Notes under the pieces: generated by a model
The model's input: only the letters and a program-made list of their open reading frames with translations
The model's database searches: none
What the model was told of the DNA's origin: nothing
Part shown: positions 55,337 to 64,000 of the stretch, in pieces
How the letters are laid out: each line of letters opens with the position of its first letter
How positions within the stretch are numbered: the stretch's first letter is position 1
NCBI GenBank assembly: GCA_965267575.1
Contig: OZ254086.1
Coordinates: forward strand, 4,608,001-4,672,000
Direction: 5' to 3'
Length of the DNA stretch: 64,000 bases
Source: Calditrichales bacterium
Lineage (GTDB): Bacteria > Calditrichota > Calditrichia > Calditrichales > J004
Position numbers and translations under genes: made by a program

Positions 55337-58300
55337 ATGAGACGTTTGTTCTTTTATACCGTTTTCTTGTTTTTGCCTTTCTCCTCTTCCTTATTCGCTC
55401 AACTCTCCGGTTCCTTTAGCGTTGGTTCCGGTGGAGATTACCCTACCTTTACGGCAGCTGTAAATGCTATTTCCAGCCAGGGCGTCAACGGAGCTGTTAC
55501 CTTCAATGTAATCAGCGGAAGCTATAACGAACAGATTCAGATACAATCTGTCAGCGGAACCAGTGCATCAAATACAATCACGTTTCAATCTCAGTCGGGC
55601 AACCCCGCCGATGTTGAGGTGGCGTTTTCCGCAACAACATCGGGAGATAACTTCCTGGTGAAACTTGATGGTACCTCATACATCACTTTCAGGAATATGA
55701 CTTTTACTGCTACAGGCAGCGCGTATGGAACCCTGTTCAATTTCAGCGGCACGCCGCATCATGTCACATTAGATAATAATATTATGAATGGATATAACCA
55801 GGGAAGCGGATCTTCCAATCATATCCTTATCTATTCAGGTAATAATGGAGCCCATAACATAACCATCAAAGATAATGTTTTTAATTACGGGTCTTATGGT
55901 ATATACCTTGTGGGTACAAACAATTCCAATCTCAGCAGTTCAAATATTATTCAGGGCAATACGTTTAACAACACTGTCTCTTACGGACTACAGGTGCTGT
56001 ATCAGGATGCCATAAAAATACACAATAATGTAATCAACACATCACCCACATATGGTATTTACCTGCAGTCCTGCCACAACGAAGTTGAGATTACCGCCAA
56101 CAGCATCCGCGGCACGTCTTACGGTTTATATTATTATGCTTCAGATGGTAACACGGCCCGCGGTCTTGTTGCTAACAATTTTATTTATAATACGGGAAAC
56201 AGCGGAAACGCGCTCTACATGTACAGTGTATCCAACCAGGATATTTATCATAACAGCGTTGTGCATCTTTATGGAAGCGTCAATACCTCGACACTTTACG
56301 CATATGCCGGCAGCGGAAGCAGTCTGCAAAACAATAACCTGATTCATAACAGCAGTGGTTACGCTATTGATATATATACGCCTGCTTCGATAAGCAGCGC
56401 CGATTACAACAACCTGTTTTCCACAGGCAATTACCTGGCCAAATGGGACAATACTGACCAGTATGACCTTGAAGATTACCGCAACGCGTCGGGCAAGGAA
56501 GTTCACTCGATTTCCGTCTACCCGAATTTTACGAACGTGTCATCGGACCTGCACTCATCCAGCCCCTGGCTGAATGCTATGGGAACCGCGCTAAACCGGG
56601 TGACGACCGACTTTGACGGAGAAACGCGCAACGGTTCCACGCCGGATATAGGAGCCGATGAGTTTACGCCCGCGGCCGGCACAACAACCCCGCTTGCTGG
56701 CACATATACGATTGGCGGAGCTGCGCCAGATTATGTCAATGTCGCCGAAGCGGTTGACGATCTGCTATTGAAAGGAATATCCGATTCCGTTTCCCTGGAA
56801 ATCCGCGATGGCAGCTATAACGTTAATCAGCTTTTATACACAATTCCCGGATCATCCGAAGAAAAACCGGTTGTCTTCCGGTCCGCTTCGGGTAACCGGG
56901 CAAACATAACGCTCTTCCATGAAGCAGCGGGTCAATCCGATAATTACGTTTTCTATCTCAAAGGCGCCGACTTCTATCGCTTCCACAATATGACCCTTTC
57001 CGCAAATACGGCCAACAATGCCAGTTATGCTACGGTGTTTAATCTCTTCGGCGGCGTGGACCACCTGCATGTTAAAGAGTGCGCAATAAACGGCTCAAAC
57101 ACGAGCCACACTAACGGTGCCCTATTCTACGCCTATCAATCCGTAGGCACCTACCGTCTGATCAAGGACAATCATTTTGATTCCGGTTCTTACGGGATTT
57201 ACCAATACGGCTATAACACAAACCAGCCCAACAGAGGCGCGATGATTATTGGTAATTCGTTCAGCAATCAGAATTCCTATGCCGGCTATTTTGTACATGA
57301 TTACGACCTGAAGCTGAGAAACAACAGCGTGAACACGTCGCCAAACTACGGCTTTTATCTGCAATCCTGCCATGAAGAGCTCGAGGTAACGGGAAACAGG
57401 GTACGCGGTACCAGCTATGGCATCTATCTCTACGCCAGCAATGGCGGGACCGGTCTTGAAACGGAGCGCGGGCTGATCGCCAACAATTTCATTTTTAACA
57501 CAGGGTCGGGCGGCTACGGATTTTATCTCTACAGCGTCACAAATCAGGATATTTACCACAACAATATTGTACATCTTTACGGTAACATAAATACCGCGGC
57601 CCTGTATGTATATGCCGGCAGCGGCATTAACCTGCAAAACAATAACATTATTCATAATGAATTGGGAGTAGCAGTAGATATCTACACCCCGGCATCTTTA
57701 AATATCTCCGATTATAACAATCTTTTCTCCAGTGGCTTAAACCTGGGCAAATGGAACAACAATGTCGAATATAATCTGGCAGACTACCAGGCGGCGTCGG
57801 GGAAAGAGGCGCACTCGGTTTCCTATTACCCGGCTTTTACAAATTTTTCTACGGATTTACACTCTGCCAGCCCCTGGCTCGATGGCGCAGGCGTGGCGCT
57901 TAGCCGCGTTATGACGGATATTGACGGGGAAGCGCGCAACGGCTCCACCCCCGATATCGGCGCGGATGAGTTTACGCCCGCAGGAGGCACAACAACGCCG
58001 CTGGCCGGAAGCTATACTATTGGCGGTAGCTCCCCGGATTATACCAGTGTGGCCGATGCGGTTGACGACTTGCTCATTAAGGGCGTTTCCGACTCGGTTT
58101 CCATGGAAATTCGCAACGGATCTTATGATGTCAGTCAAATGCTTTATACGATTCCCGGATCGGCGCCGGACAAGCCGGTCAGTTTCCGCTCGCAATCGGG
58201 GAATCCCGATGATGTGACGCTGTTTCATGAGGCGGCCGGGCAGTCTGATAATTATATCTTTTACTTAAAAGGAGCAGACTTTATACGTCTGCTGGATCTC

Positions 58301-60901
58301 ACTTTAGCTGCCAACAGCGCGGACAACGCCAGCTACGCAATCGTTGTTAACCTCTTTGGCGGCGTTGATCAATTTCACCTTGAAGGATGCCAGATCAATG
58401 GTTCCAGCAGCAGCAATACCAATGCTTCCCTGCTGTACGCTTACCAAACCTTGGGGCGCAGCCGGCTGATCAGAAATAACCAGTTTAATTTCGGGTCTTA
58501 CGGCATTTATCAGTATGGCTACAACAGCACACAACCCAACAGCGGCGCCATAATCGAAAACAACACCTTCAGCAATCAGCGTTCTTATGCGGGCTATTTT
58601 GTTCACGATTTCAACCTGAAGCTTGTCGGCAACAGTTTAACAACATCGCCAAACTATGGCTTTTATCTGCAATCCTGTGATGAAGAACTGGAGATCCGCA
58701 ACAACCATCTGCGCGGCACCAGCTACCCCTTGTATATCTACGCATGTACGGGTGGAACAGGAGCAGCCAAACAGAGGGGACTGATTGCGAATAATTTTAT
58801 TTTCAATACCAGTACAGGCGGTTATGGGCTTTATGTATACAGTGTAACTAATCAGGATATTTACCATAACAGTGTCCTGCATCTGTATGGCAACAGCAAT
58901 ACGTCGGCCATTTACCTTTACGCCGGAGACGGCATCAACATTCTCAATAATAATTTTGTCCATAACGCTTACGGCTATGCCATGGATATTTACACGCCCT
59001 CCGCGGTGGACAACGTTGATTATAACAATTTGTTTTCAACCGGTAATTACCTTGGCCGCTGGAATAATACTGCGCAATACAGCCTGGAAGACTATAAAAC
59101 GGCATCCGGCAAGGAGAGCCATTCCATATCTGTATATCCGCGGTTTGCCTCGCTTTCGGATGATCTGCATTCTGACAGCCCCTGGCTGGATGGCGCGGGA
59201 ACTCCATTAAGCCGTGTCGCGACTGATTTTGACGGCGAATTCCGAAACGAATCTACACCCGACATAGGAGCAGATGAATATACGCCTGCACCGGGCAGCA
59301 CGGTGCCTTTGGCCGGTACATATACAATCGGCGGTTCCGCACCGGATTACGCCGGTATCGACGACGCCATTGAAGATCTGCTGCTAAAGGGCGTTTCAGA
59401 TTCTGTTTTTATGGAAATCCGCGACGGCTCTTATAATATCAACGAAATGCTTTACACCGTTCCCGGCTCGGCCATGGACAAACCCGTTGTGTTCCGTTCC
59501 GAATCGGGCGACCCCGATAAGGTCGACTTGTGGCATGTGGCTACAGGGCAATCGGATAATTTTATATTTGATTTGCGCGGAGCCGATTATGTGCATTTCC
59601 GGGATTTAAGCCTTTCGGCCAATGTTGCTGATAACGCTTCTTACGCAACGGTATTTAACCTGTACGGCGGCGTGGACTATTTTCATCTGCAAGGGTGCAA
59701 AGTGAATGGCTCTTACAGCTCGGTAACAGGCGCCGCCCTGCTTTACGCTTACAATTCAGTGGGTACATACCGGATGATAAAAGACAATCAGTTCAACAAG
59801 GGCTCCTACGCGATCTATCAACATGGGGTTAATACGACGCAGCCCAACCGTGGGGCAATGATCATTGGTAACGAGCTAAATAACCAGCGCTCATACGGCG
59901 GATATATGATTCATGATTTTGATCTGAAGATAATGAATAACCGCGTTAGCGGGTCGCCGAACTACGGACTCTATTTGCAATCCTGCAACGACGAGCTGGA
60001 GATAAACGGAAATATCATTAAGGGCAGCACCTACGGGCTTTACCTGTATGCCTGTAACGGCGGCACGGGCCAGGCTGTTGAACGCGGACTCGTTGCCAAC
60101 AATTTTATTATCAACACGGGCGGTGGCGGAAGTGCTTTGTACACCTACAACTCTACTAATCTGGACATCTATCATAACAGCGCGCTTAACCTGACCGGCC
60201 ACGCCAACTCTTCCGCTTTTTACATATACGTTGGCACGGGCAATAACGTGGTCAATAATATTTTTATGCATAAGGGCGCGGGATTCGCCTATCAGGTGGG
60301 ATCTTCCACTGCCATCGGGCTCAGTGATTATAACGATTTATATACCTACGGTGATTACGTTGGATATTGGAATGGCAACCTGGCAACCCTGGCTGATTTC
60401 CGCAGTGCCGGCAACACGGACGCCAATTCCATCAGCACAAACCCGGGCTTTTTCTCCAACGATGACCTTCACGCCTACTCTGCCCTCGTTGACAGCGCCG
60501 GTATGCCGCTAAGCCGTGTTTTGTACGACATCGACGGTGACCTGCGCAGCGCGAGCCACCCGGACATCGGCGCCGATGAATTTGATTCCACCGGTGTTGT
60601 GTCTATCGATGATGATCTTTTGGCAAGGCGGATACCGAAGCAATTCCGCGTCTATGACAACTATCCCAATCCGTTTAATCCCGCCACAACCATCCGCTAC
60701 GATTTGCCGGAAGCAGCACACGTGCGCCTGCGTGTTTACAACATCCTGGGACAAGTGGTTGCCACATTGGTAGACAACCGGCAAAATGCCGGCGCATACC
60801 ACCACGTCTTTGATGCTTCGAAGCTGTCCAGCGGCTTATATTTTTACCGGCTGGAGGCAGGGAAAAACCAGGCAATAAGAAAGATGGTTTTGAGCAAGTA
60901 G
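55337..60901 (+). CDS. Large secreted parallel beta-helix protein, four ~436-aa modules plus C-terminal sorting domain
   Basis: Signal peptide; PDIGADE(F/Y) at 56642, 57950, 59258 and 60560; DNYPNPFNP...KMVLSK. Confidence 0.92.
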   Translation: MRRLFFYTVFLFLPFSSSLFAQLSGSFSVGSGGDYPTFTAAVNAISSQGVNGAVTFNVISGSYNEQIQIQSVSGTSASNTITFQSQSGNPADVEVAFSATTSGDNFLVKLDGTSYITFRNMTFTATGSAYGTLFNFSGTPHHVTLDNNIMNGYNQGSGSSNHILIYSGNNGAHNITIKDNVFNYGSYGIYLVGTNNSNLSSSNIIQGNTFNNTVSYGLQVLYQDAIKIHNNVINTSPTYGIYLQSCHNEVEITANSIRGTSYGLYYYASDGNTARGLVANNFIYNTGNSGNALYMYSVSNQDIYHNSVVHLYGSVNTSTLYAYAGSGSSLQNNNLIHNSSGYAIDIYTPASISSADYNNLFSTGNYLAKWDNTDQYDLEDYRNASGKEVHSISVYPNFTNVSSDLHSSSPWLNAMGTALNRVTTDFDGETRNGSTPDIGADEFTPAAGTTTPLAGTYTIGGAAPDYVNVAEAVDDLLLKGISDSVSLEIRDGSYNVNQLLYTIPGSSEEKPVVFRSASGNRANITLFHEAAGQSDNYVFYLKGADFYRFHNMTLSANTANNASYATVFNLFGGVDHLHVKECAINGSNTSHTNGALFYAYQSVGTYRLIKDNHFDSGSYGIYQYGYNTNQPNRGAMIIGNSFSNQNSYAGYFVHDYDLKLRNNSVNTSPNYGFYLQSCHEELEVTGNRVRGTSYGIYLYASNGGTGLETERGLIANNFIFNTGSGGYGFYLYSVTNQDIYHNNIVHLYGNINTAALYVYAGSGINLQNNNIIHNELGVAVDIYTPASLNISDYNNLFSSGLNLGKWNNNVEYNLADYQAASGKEAHSVSYYPAFTNFSTDLHSASPWLDGAGVALSRVMTDIDGEARNGSTPDIGADEFTPAGGTTTPLAGSYTIGGSSPDYTSVADAVDDLLIKGVSDSVSMEIRNGSYDVSQMLYTIPGSAPDKPVSFRSQSGNPDDVTLFHEAAGQSDNYIFYLKGADFIRLLDLTLAANSADNASYAIVVNLFGGVDQFHLEGCQINGSSSSNTNASLLYAYQTLGRSRLIRNNQFNFGSYGIYQYGYNSTQPNSGAIIENNTFSNQRSYAGYFVHDFNLKLVGNSLTTSPNYGFYLQSCDEELEIRNNHLRGTSYPLYIYACTGGTGAAKQRGLIANNFIFNTSTGGYGLYVYSVTNQDIYHNSVLHLYGNSNTSAIYLYAGDGINILNNNFVHNAYGYAMDIYTPSAVDNVDYNNLFSTGNYLGRWNNTAQYSLEDYKTASGKESHSISVYPRFASLSDDLHSDSPWLDGAGTPLSRVATDFDGEFRNESTPDIGADEYTPAPGSTVPLAGTYTIGGSAPDYAGIDDAIEDLLLKGVSDSVFMEIRDGSYNINEMLYTVPGSAMDKPVVFRSESGDPDKVDLWHVATGQSDNFIFDLRGADYVHFRDLSLSANVADNASYATVFNLYGGVDYFHLQGCKVNGSYSSVTGAALLYAYNSVGTYRMIKDNQFNKGSYAIYQHGVNTTQPNRGAMIIGNELNNQRSYGGYMIHDFDLKIMNNRVSGSPNYGLYLQSCNDELEINGNIIKGSTYGLYLYACNGGTGQAVERGLVANNFIINTGGGGSALYTYNSTNLDIYHNSALNLTGHANSSAFYIYVGTGNNVVNNIFMHKGAGFAYQVGSSTAIGLSDYNDLYTYGDYVGYWNGNLATLADFRSAGNTDANSISTNPGFFSNDDLHAYSALVDSAGMPLSRVLYDIDGDLRSASHPDIGADEFDSTGVVSIDDDLLARRIPKQFRVYDNYPNPFNPATTIRYDLPEAAHVRLRVYNILGQVVATLVDNRQNAGAYHHVFDASKLSSGLYFYRLEAGKNQAIRKMVLSK

Positions 60902-60918
60902 GTTTGGGTATGTTGATT

Positions 60919-60948
60919 AAAGGCCGGAGAATTTCTCCGGCCTTTTTT
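60919..60948. terminator. Intrinsic terminator (possibly bidirectional)
   Basis: aaaggccggaga-att-tctccggccttt then a T-run, between convergent genes. Confidence 0.85.
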
Positions 60949-60993
60949 ATTTTTGGCCTTTATGTGTGAAAGCAGGCTTAAAGCAATTCCCGA

Positions 60994-61638
60994 TCAGCTC
61001 ATTTTCTCAATGCTTTCAGCTTTAGCGGGGGCGGGGCGACCAAGAGCTTCGACCAGTAAAATCCATTGCACGACCGTTACCGCTACGGCAATCTTGACCC
61101 AAATATTAAAGCCTGTGCCAACATAAAAGAAAAAAAAGGCAACCGGCAGCAGCAGTCCGGCAAGACCGATCACTTTCCAGTCAATTTCCTGCCAGCCGAA
61201 AACAGGGATGTCCCGAGATATGCGCATTTCCTGAATTACCAGCATTATGGAAAGGACTGAGAATAAAGCGACCGGAAAAAGAAGCCAGACAATCGAAAAG
61301 CTGATACCCCAGGTGCCAAAAGATATCATTGTATCGGTTTGCAGAATGCCGTAGACGCACAGGCCCGTGAGCAAAAGGTGCCAGATAACGAGCAGTGAAT
61401 GAAAAAGCGGACGGTATCTGCCGCGGCCTTCCAGGTAAAAGGCAAAAAGAGCAATTAGCACAATAAGGGGCGGAAGCCAAAACTCTCCCAGTGTACCCCT
61501 TCCCCCGAAGTCAAAAATCCTCCAGCTGGAAATCTCCGGTTTAAGCAGAATACGCATTGTGGAAGTCCAGAAAAAGGTGGTGGTCAACAATGTCCAGGTT
61601 AGGACAACAGCACGAAGAATATTTGGTTTTATTTTGAT
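60994..61638 (-). CDS. Hypothetical multi-pass membrane protein; apparent start codon ATC
   Basis: Frame is open 16 codons upstream of the track start 61590; AGGAGG lies 6 nt before an in-frame ATC at 61638. Confidence 0.7.
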   Translation of the reverse strand: MKIKPNILRAVVLTWTLLTTTFFWTSTMRILLKPEISSWRIFDFGGRGTLGEFWLPPLIVLIALFAFYLEGRGRYRPLFHSLLVIWHLLLTGLCVYGILQTDTMISFGTWGISFSIVWLLFPVALFSVLSIMLVIQEMRISRDIPVFGWQEIDWKVIGLAGLLLPVAFFFFYVGTGFNIWVKIAVAVTVVQWILLVEALGRPAPAKAESIEKMS

Positions 61639-61694
61639 AGCACACCTCCTGTCGTAAAAGGTATTCGCTTATGCAGTATAACAATTTTTTTAGT

Positions 61695-62099
61695 TCAAAT
61701 GCTCCTATTAAGCCACTGCTCGTTTTGTATAACAATCCTATAGCCATCTTTGTCTTCAAAGGTTTTGCCTGCCTTGTCCCAATAGGGATTAAAGGATTCC
61801 ACGGCTTTAAAGCCGGCCTGCGTCATGGCTGCGCAGCGTTTGTGCCATTCCTTTTCATCCGGCAGGTAAAATACCAGCAGGTTATCTTTCGTGGGGGCGC
61901 GGCCCGCAACCTCACCTTTGCGGCGGGTAAACTCCAGGTGCCAGGGATGCGCTTTTGCCCCTAAAATTACACCGTCAAATCCGGCGTGATCGCGGAATTC
62001 AGACAGGCGTTCGAGCCCGAGTCCGTCCATGTACATACGCACTATTTCTTCCAGGTTGTCAGTGGGCCGTGCGATCCGGAGTATGCTGCTTGTTGTCAT
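61695..62099 (-). CDS. VOC/glyoxalase-family protein (YycE-like)
   Basis: LRIARPTDNL, HAGFDGV, WHLEFT, DNLLVFY, NPYW, EDKDGYRIV. Confidence 0.88.
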   Translation of the reverse strand: MTTSSILRIARPTDNLEEIVRMYMDGLGLERLSEFRDHAGFDGVILGAKAHPWHLEFTRRKGEVAGRAPTKDNLLVFYLPDEKEWHKRCAAMTQAGFKAVESFNPYWDKAGKTFEDKDGYRIVIQNEQWLNRSI

Positions 62100-62205
62100 G
62101 ATGTGTTTGGGAATGTTTGTTGTAAGCGAAACAAAAAGTAATACAAAAGGCCGACAGAAGCGATAGCTTAGCCGCCGGCCTGTAAAAAATAGAGCGTTAA
62201 AACTG

Positions 62206-62703
62206 TTACTCTATACCCGCCCAGTCGCTCCAGCCGCTCACCTGGATGTGCCCGCTGTATTGGTCATAGATGACCGTTACTTCCACCGTGCGTTCATCGC
62301 TGCCCCAATGGGTGATGGTCGGTTCCAGACCGGAATAATTCTGCTGGGTATGCAGCATCAACTCCGTGCCGTCGCCGTTTTCCACCCCGAGACGGTAAAC
62401 GCAGTAGGCTTTATTGGGGATATCCAGGTCAAAAAAAGCGTGCGCGCCGGGCGCCAGCTTCTGGCCCGATTCAAAGATATCCTCACCCCACGAGCCGCTG
62501 GGCGCGGGATCATCGGCCGGACCCATGTGTTGAAGCTGTACGCTGGTGATGGTGTACTGCGACGACGGGCTGTTTATAAATTTGACATGCAGCGATTCCT
62601 CCTTGTCGTTGCTGTCGGTGATGCTGCTGCAGCCAAAAGCGGCCAACAGGGCGGCTAATAAGAAAAAATTCACAAATCCTTCTATACGCTTAGTCTGTTT
62701 CAT
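62206..62703 (-). CDS. Hypothetical lipoprotein
   Basis: AFGC lipobox, GGGGA RBS. Confidence 0.75.
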   Translation of the reverse strand: MKQTKRIEGFVNFFLLAALLAAFGCSSITDSNDKEESLHVKFINSPSSQYTITSVQLQHMGPADDPAPSGSWGEDIFESGQKLAPGAHAFFDLDIPNKAYCVYRLGVENGDGTELMLHTQQNYSGLEPTITHWGSDERTVEVTVIYDQYSGHIQVSGWSDWAGIE

Positions 62704-62842
62704 GCTTTTCCCCTTGTGTGTGAAGTTAAAGCGTTTTTGTTTGTGCCGCCTAATTATCGTATAGTTTTGAGAATAAGATAAGAAGAAGAAAGGAAATGTG
62801 CGCTTTCAGGATAATGAGCCTTGTGGATGCAGTTGTCATTTT

Positions 62843-63304
62843 CTAATAGCCATATACTTCAACTGCATTAAATTTGCCCACTGTATGAATCAAGTCCTCC
62901 GGGCAATTGGAGCACTTTGAAGACGCATCAAAAACCACAATATCGAATTCACCAACTATGTGTCCGCTTAATGGATGCTCTATACTTAATACGCCTTCTT
63001 TTGGAGAGTAACGTTTTCCATTGATCATCATATCAAAAGTAATTCCATTATAGGAAGACATCGAAAACGTACCCTGGCTGAATTTTCTGCTCTCAATTTC
63101 AATATTTGTGGAATCATCAAAAGAGAGAATAATTAAGTGATGAATAATATCACCGCGTTGTACCGGGTAGATATACGCAGTCCCATCATATGCTGTACTA
63201 TCTATCATTACTGATGCTGACACATGTTCATAGTAATCATCAACTACCGACGTGTCACAGGCTGTCAATAGAATCCAAATGAAAAGGAAAATAAATCTTA
63301 CCAT
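62843..63304 (-). CDS. Hypothetical lipoprotein, probable integron gene cassette ORF
   Basis: LTAC lipobox; AT-rich; ATG lies 19 nt after the GTTAGAC core site of the adjacent attC. Confidence 0.75.
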   Translation of the reverse strand: MVRFIFLFIWILLTACDTSVVDDYYEHVSASVMIDSTAYDGTAYIYPVQRGDIIHHLIILSFDDSTNIEIESRKFSQGTFSMSSYNGITFDMMINGKRYSPKEGVLSIEHPLSGHIVGEFDIVVFDASSKCSNCPEDLIHTVGKFNAVEVYGY

Positions 63305-63323
63305 TTTTTGGCCTACTTCATCA

Positions 63324-63420
63324 GTCTAACGGCTGAGGTTAAGGTGATTTGCCACTGAATAAACTCCCAAACTGAAATCATGCTCCGAGTGGCAAATTCA
63401 CCTTGAACCTTTGGTTAGCA
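63324..63420 (-). mobile_element. Integron attC recombination site
   Basis: Minus strand TGCTAAC-CAAAG-GTTCAAG-GTGAATTTGCCACT...AGTGGCAAATCAC-CTTAAC-CTCAGCC-GTTAGAC: R and L boxes plus two extrahelical bases. Confidence 0.85.
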
Positions 63421-63635
63421 ACACCCCTAATTTAGGTAAATATTACAGAGAAACCCAAATCACGACCTTTCTAAGTATTTTTTAGAATGTGCAATCCACC
63501 AGCCAACGGAGTCTTGCCCGGTACTTCGAATTCTGGAAAATAATTGAAACATAGAACCAGACTCAGCGTGTGACTTAAAATGTTGCGATTTTTGTTTTGA
63601 AAACCTTATATTTACAGCTAATAAAAATTAAGATA

Positions 63636-64000
63636 ATGAACAAAAAAATTTCAAAAACACTGATACATCTTTTATTTCTGCAAACACTATTTTATCAGGT
63701 GGATCTGCCGGAACTCGTGCTCTGCTTTGGTGAAGAAGGACATGTGGCCATTGAAAAAGCCAGCGATAATGCTTGTGAACACGACAGAGATACTGCGCTA
63801 CAAAATATTGTTAAGATTAAAACGATCAAACCGCTGCATGATGATTGCACGGATATAACACTGGACTGGCATTTCAGTAATGCTGATATCGTAAAAAAGA
63901 CAAACAATAATATAAAGAATATCTCTTCCGGATTTTTATCTCAGGCATTACAGCATACTTCAGAATATCCTGTAAAAAACACTTCTCAACAAAGCGCAAA
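63636..64000 (+). CDS. Small Cys/His-containing protein, truncated by the window edge
   Basis: Not in the track. MNKKISKTLIHLLFLQTLFYQVDLPELVLCFGEEGHVAIE...CEH...HDDCTDI; open to the end. Confidence 0.65.
   Translation, partial: MNKKISKTLIHLLFLQTLFYQVDLPELVLCFGEEGHVAIEKASDNACEHDRDTALQNIVKIKTIKPLHDDCTDITLDWHFSNADIVKKTNNNIKNISSGFLSQALQHTSEYPVKNTSQQSA

Noticed and set aside
62704..62842. Second attC downstream of the cassette-like ORF
   Set aside because: A TGACAAC follows the stop, but I found no matching L boxes or inverted repeat.

Overview
Bacterial chromosomal window. Its many NYPNPFNP-type C-terminal sorting domains suggest an FCB-related lineage such as Calditrichota, Ignavibacteria or KSB1 (inference only). 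Left to right: (1) a large secreted repeat protein missed by the ORF track (minus strand, 2514 to beyond base 1) with 603-bp tandem repeats. (2) A small secreted protein plus a 1.7-kaa multidomain metzincin with a (GGL[T/S]WQ)x9 insert. (3) An 11-kb partner-switching cluster: 3 PP2C/SpoIIE phosphatases, 2 STAS, 2 RsbW-like kinases, a 7TM-DISM histidine kinase and a patatin, but no sigma factor. (4) A ~23-kb island (20378-43470) bounded by an intact tRNA-Leu(CAA) and a duplicated 3' tRNA fragment. It has identical 24-bp arm-like sites at both ends but no recognisable integrase. Its cargo is secreted sorting-domain proteins, a NarL-type two-component system with four 18-bp palindromes, and a czcCBA-like efflux module. 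(5) Housekeeping-like genes: enoyl-CoA hydratase, G1P thymidylyltransferase, M16 peptidase, folB, folK, deoxynucleoside kinase, HD-GYP, LON-N. (6) A frameshifted four-helix-bundle gene between inverted heptamer arrays, with a gene-less octamer counterpart at 46.7 kb. (7) A 4x436-aa beta-helix repeat protein, small accessory genes and a near-canonical integron attC site with no integrase in view. Product calls come from motif recognition by eye; no searches were run.
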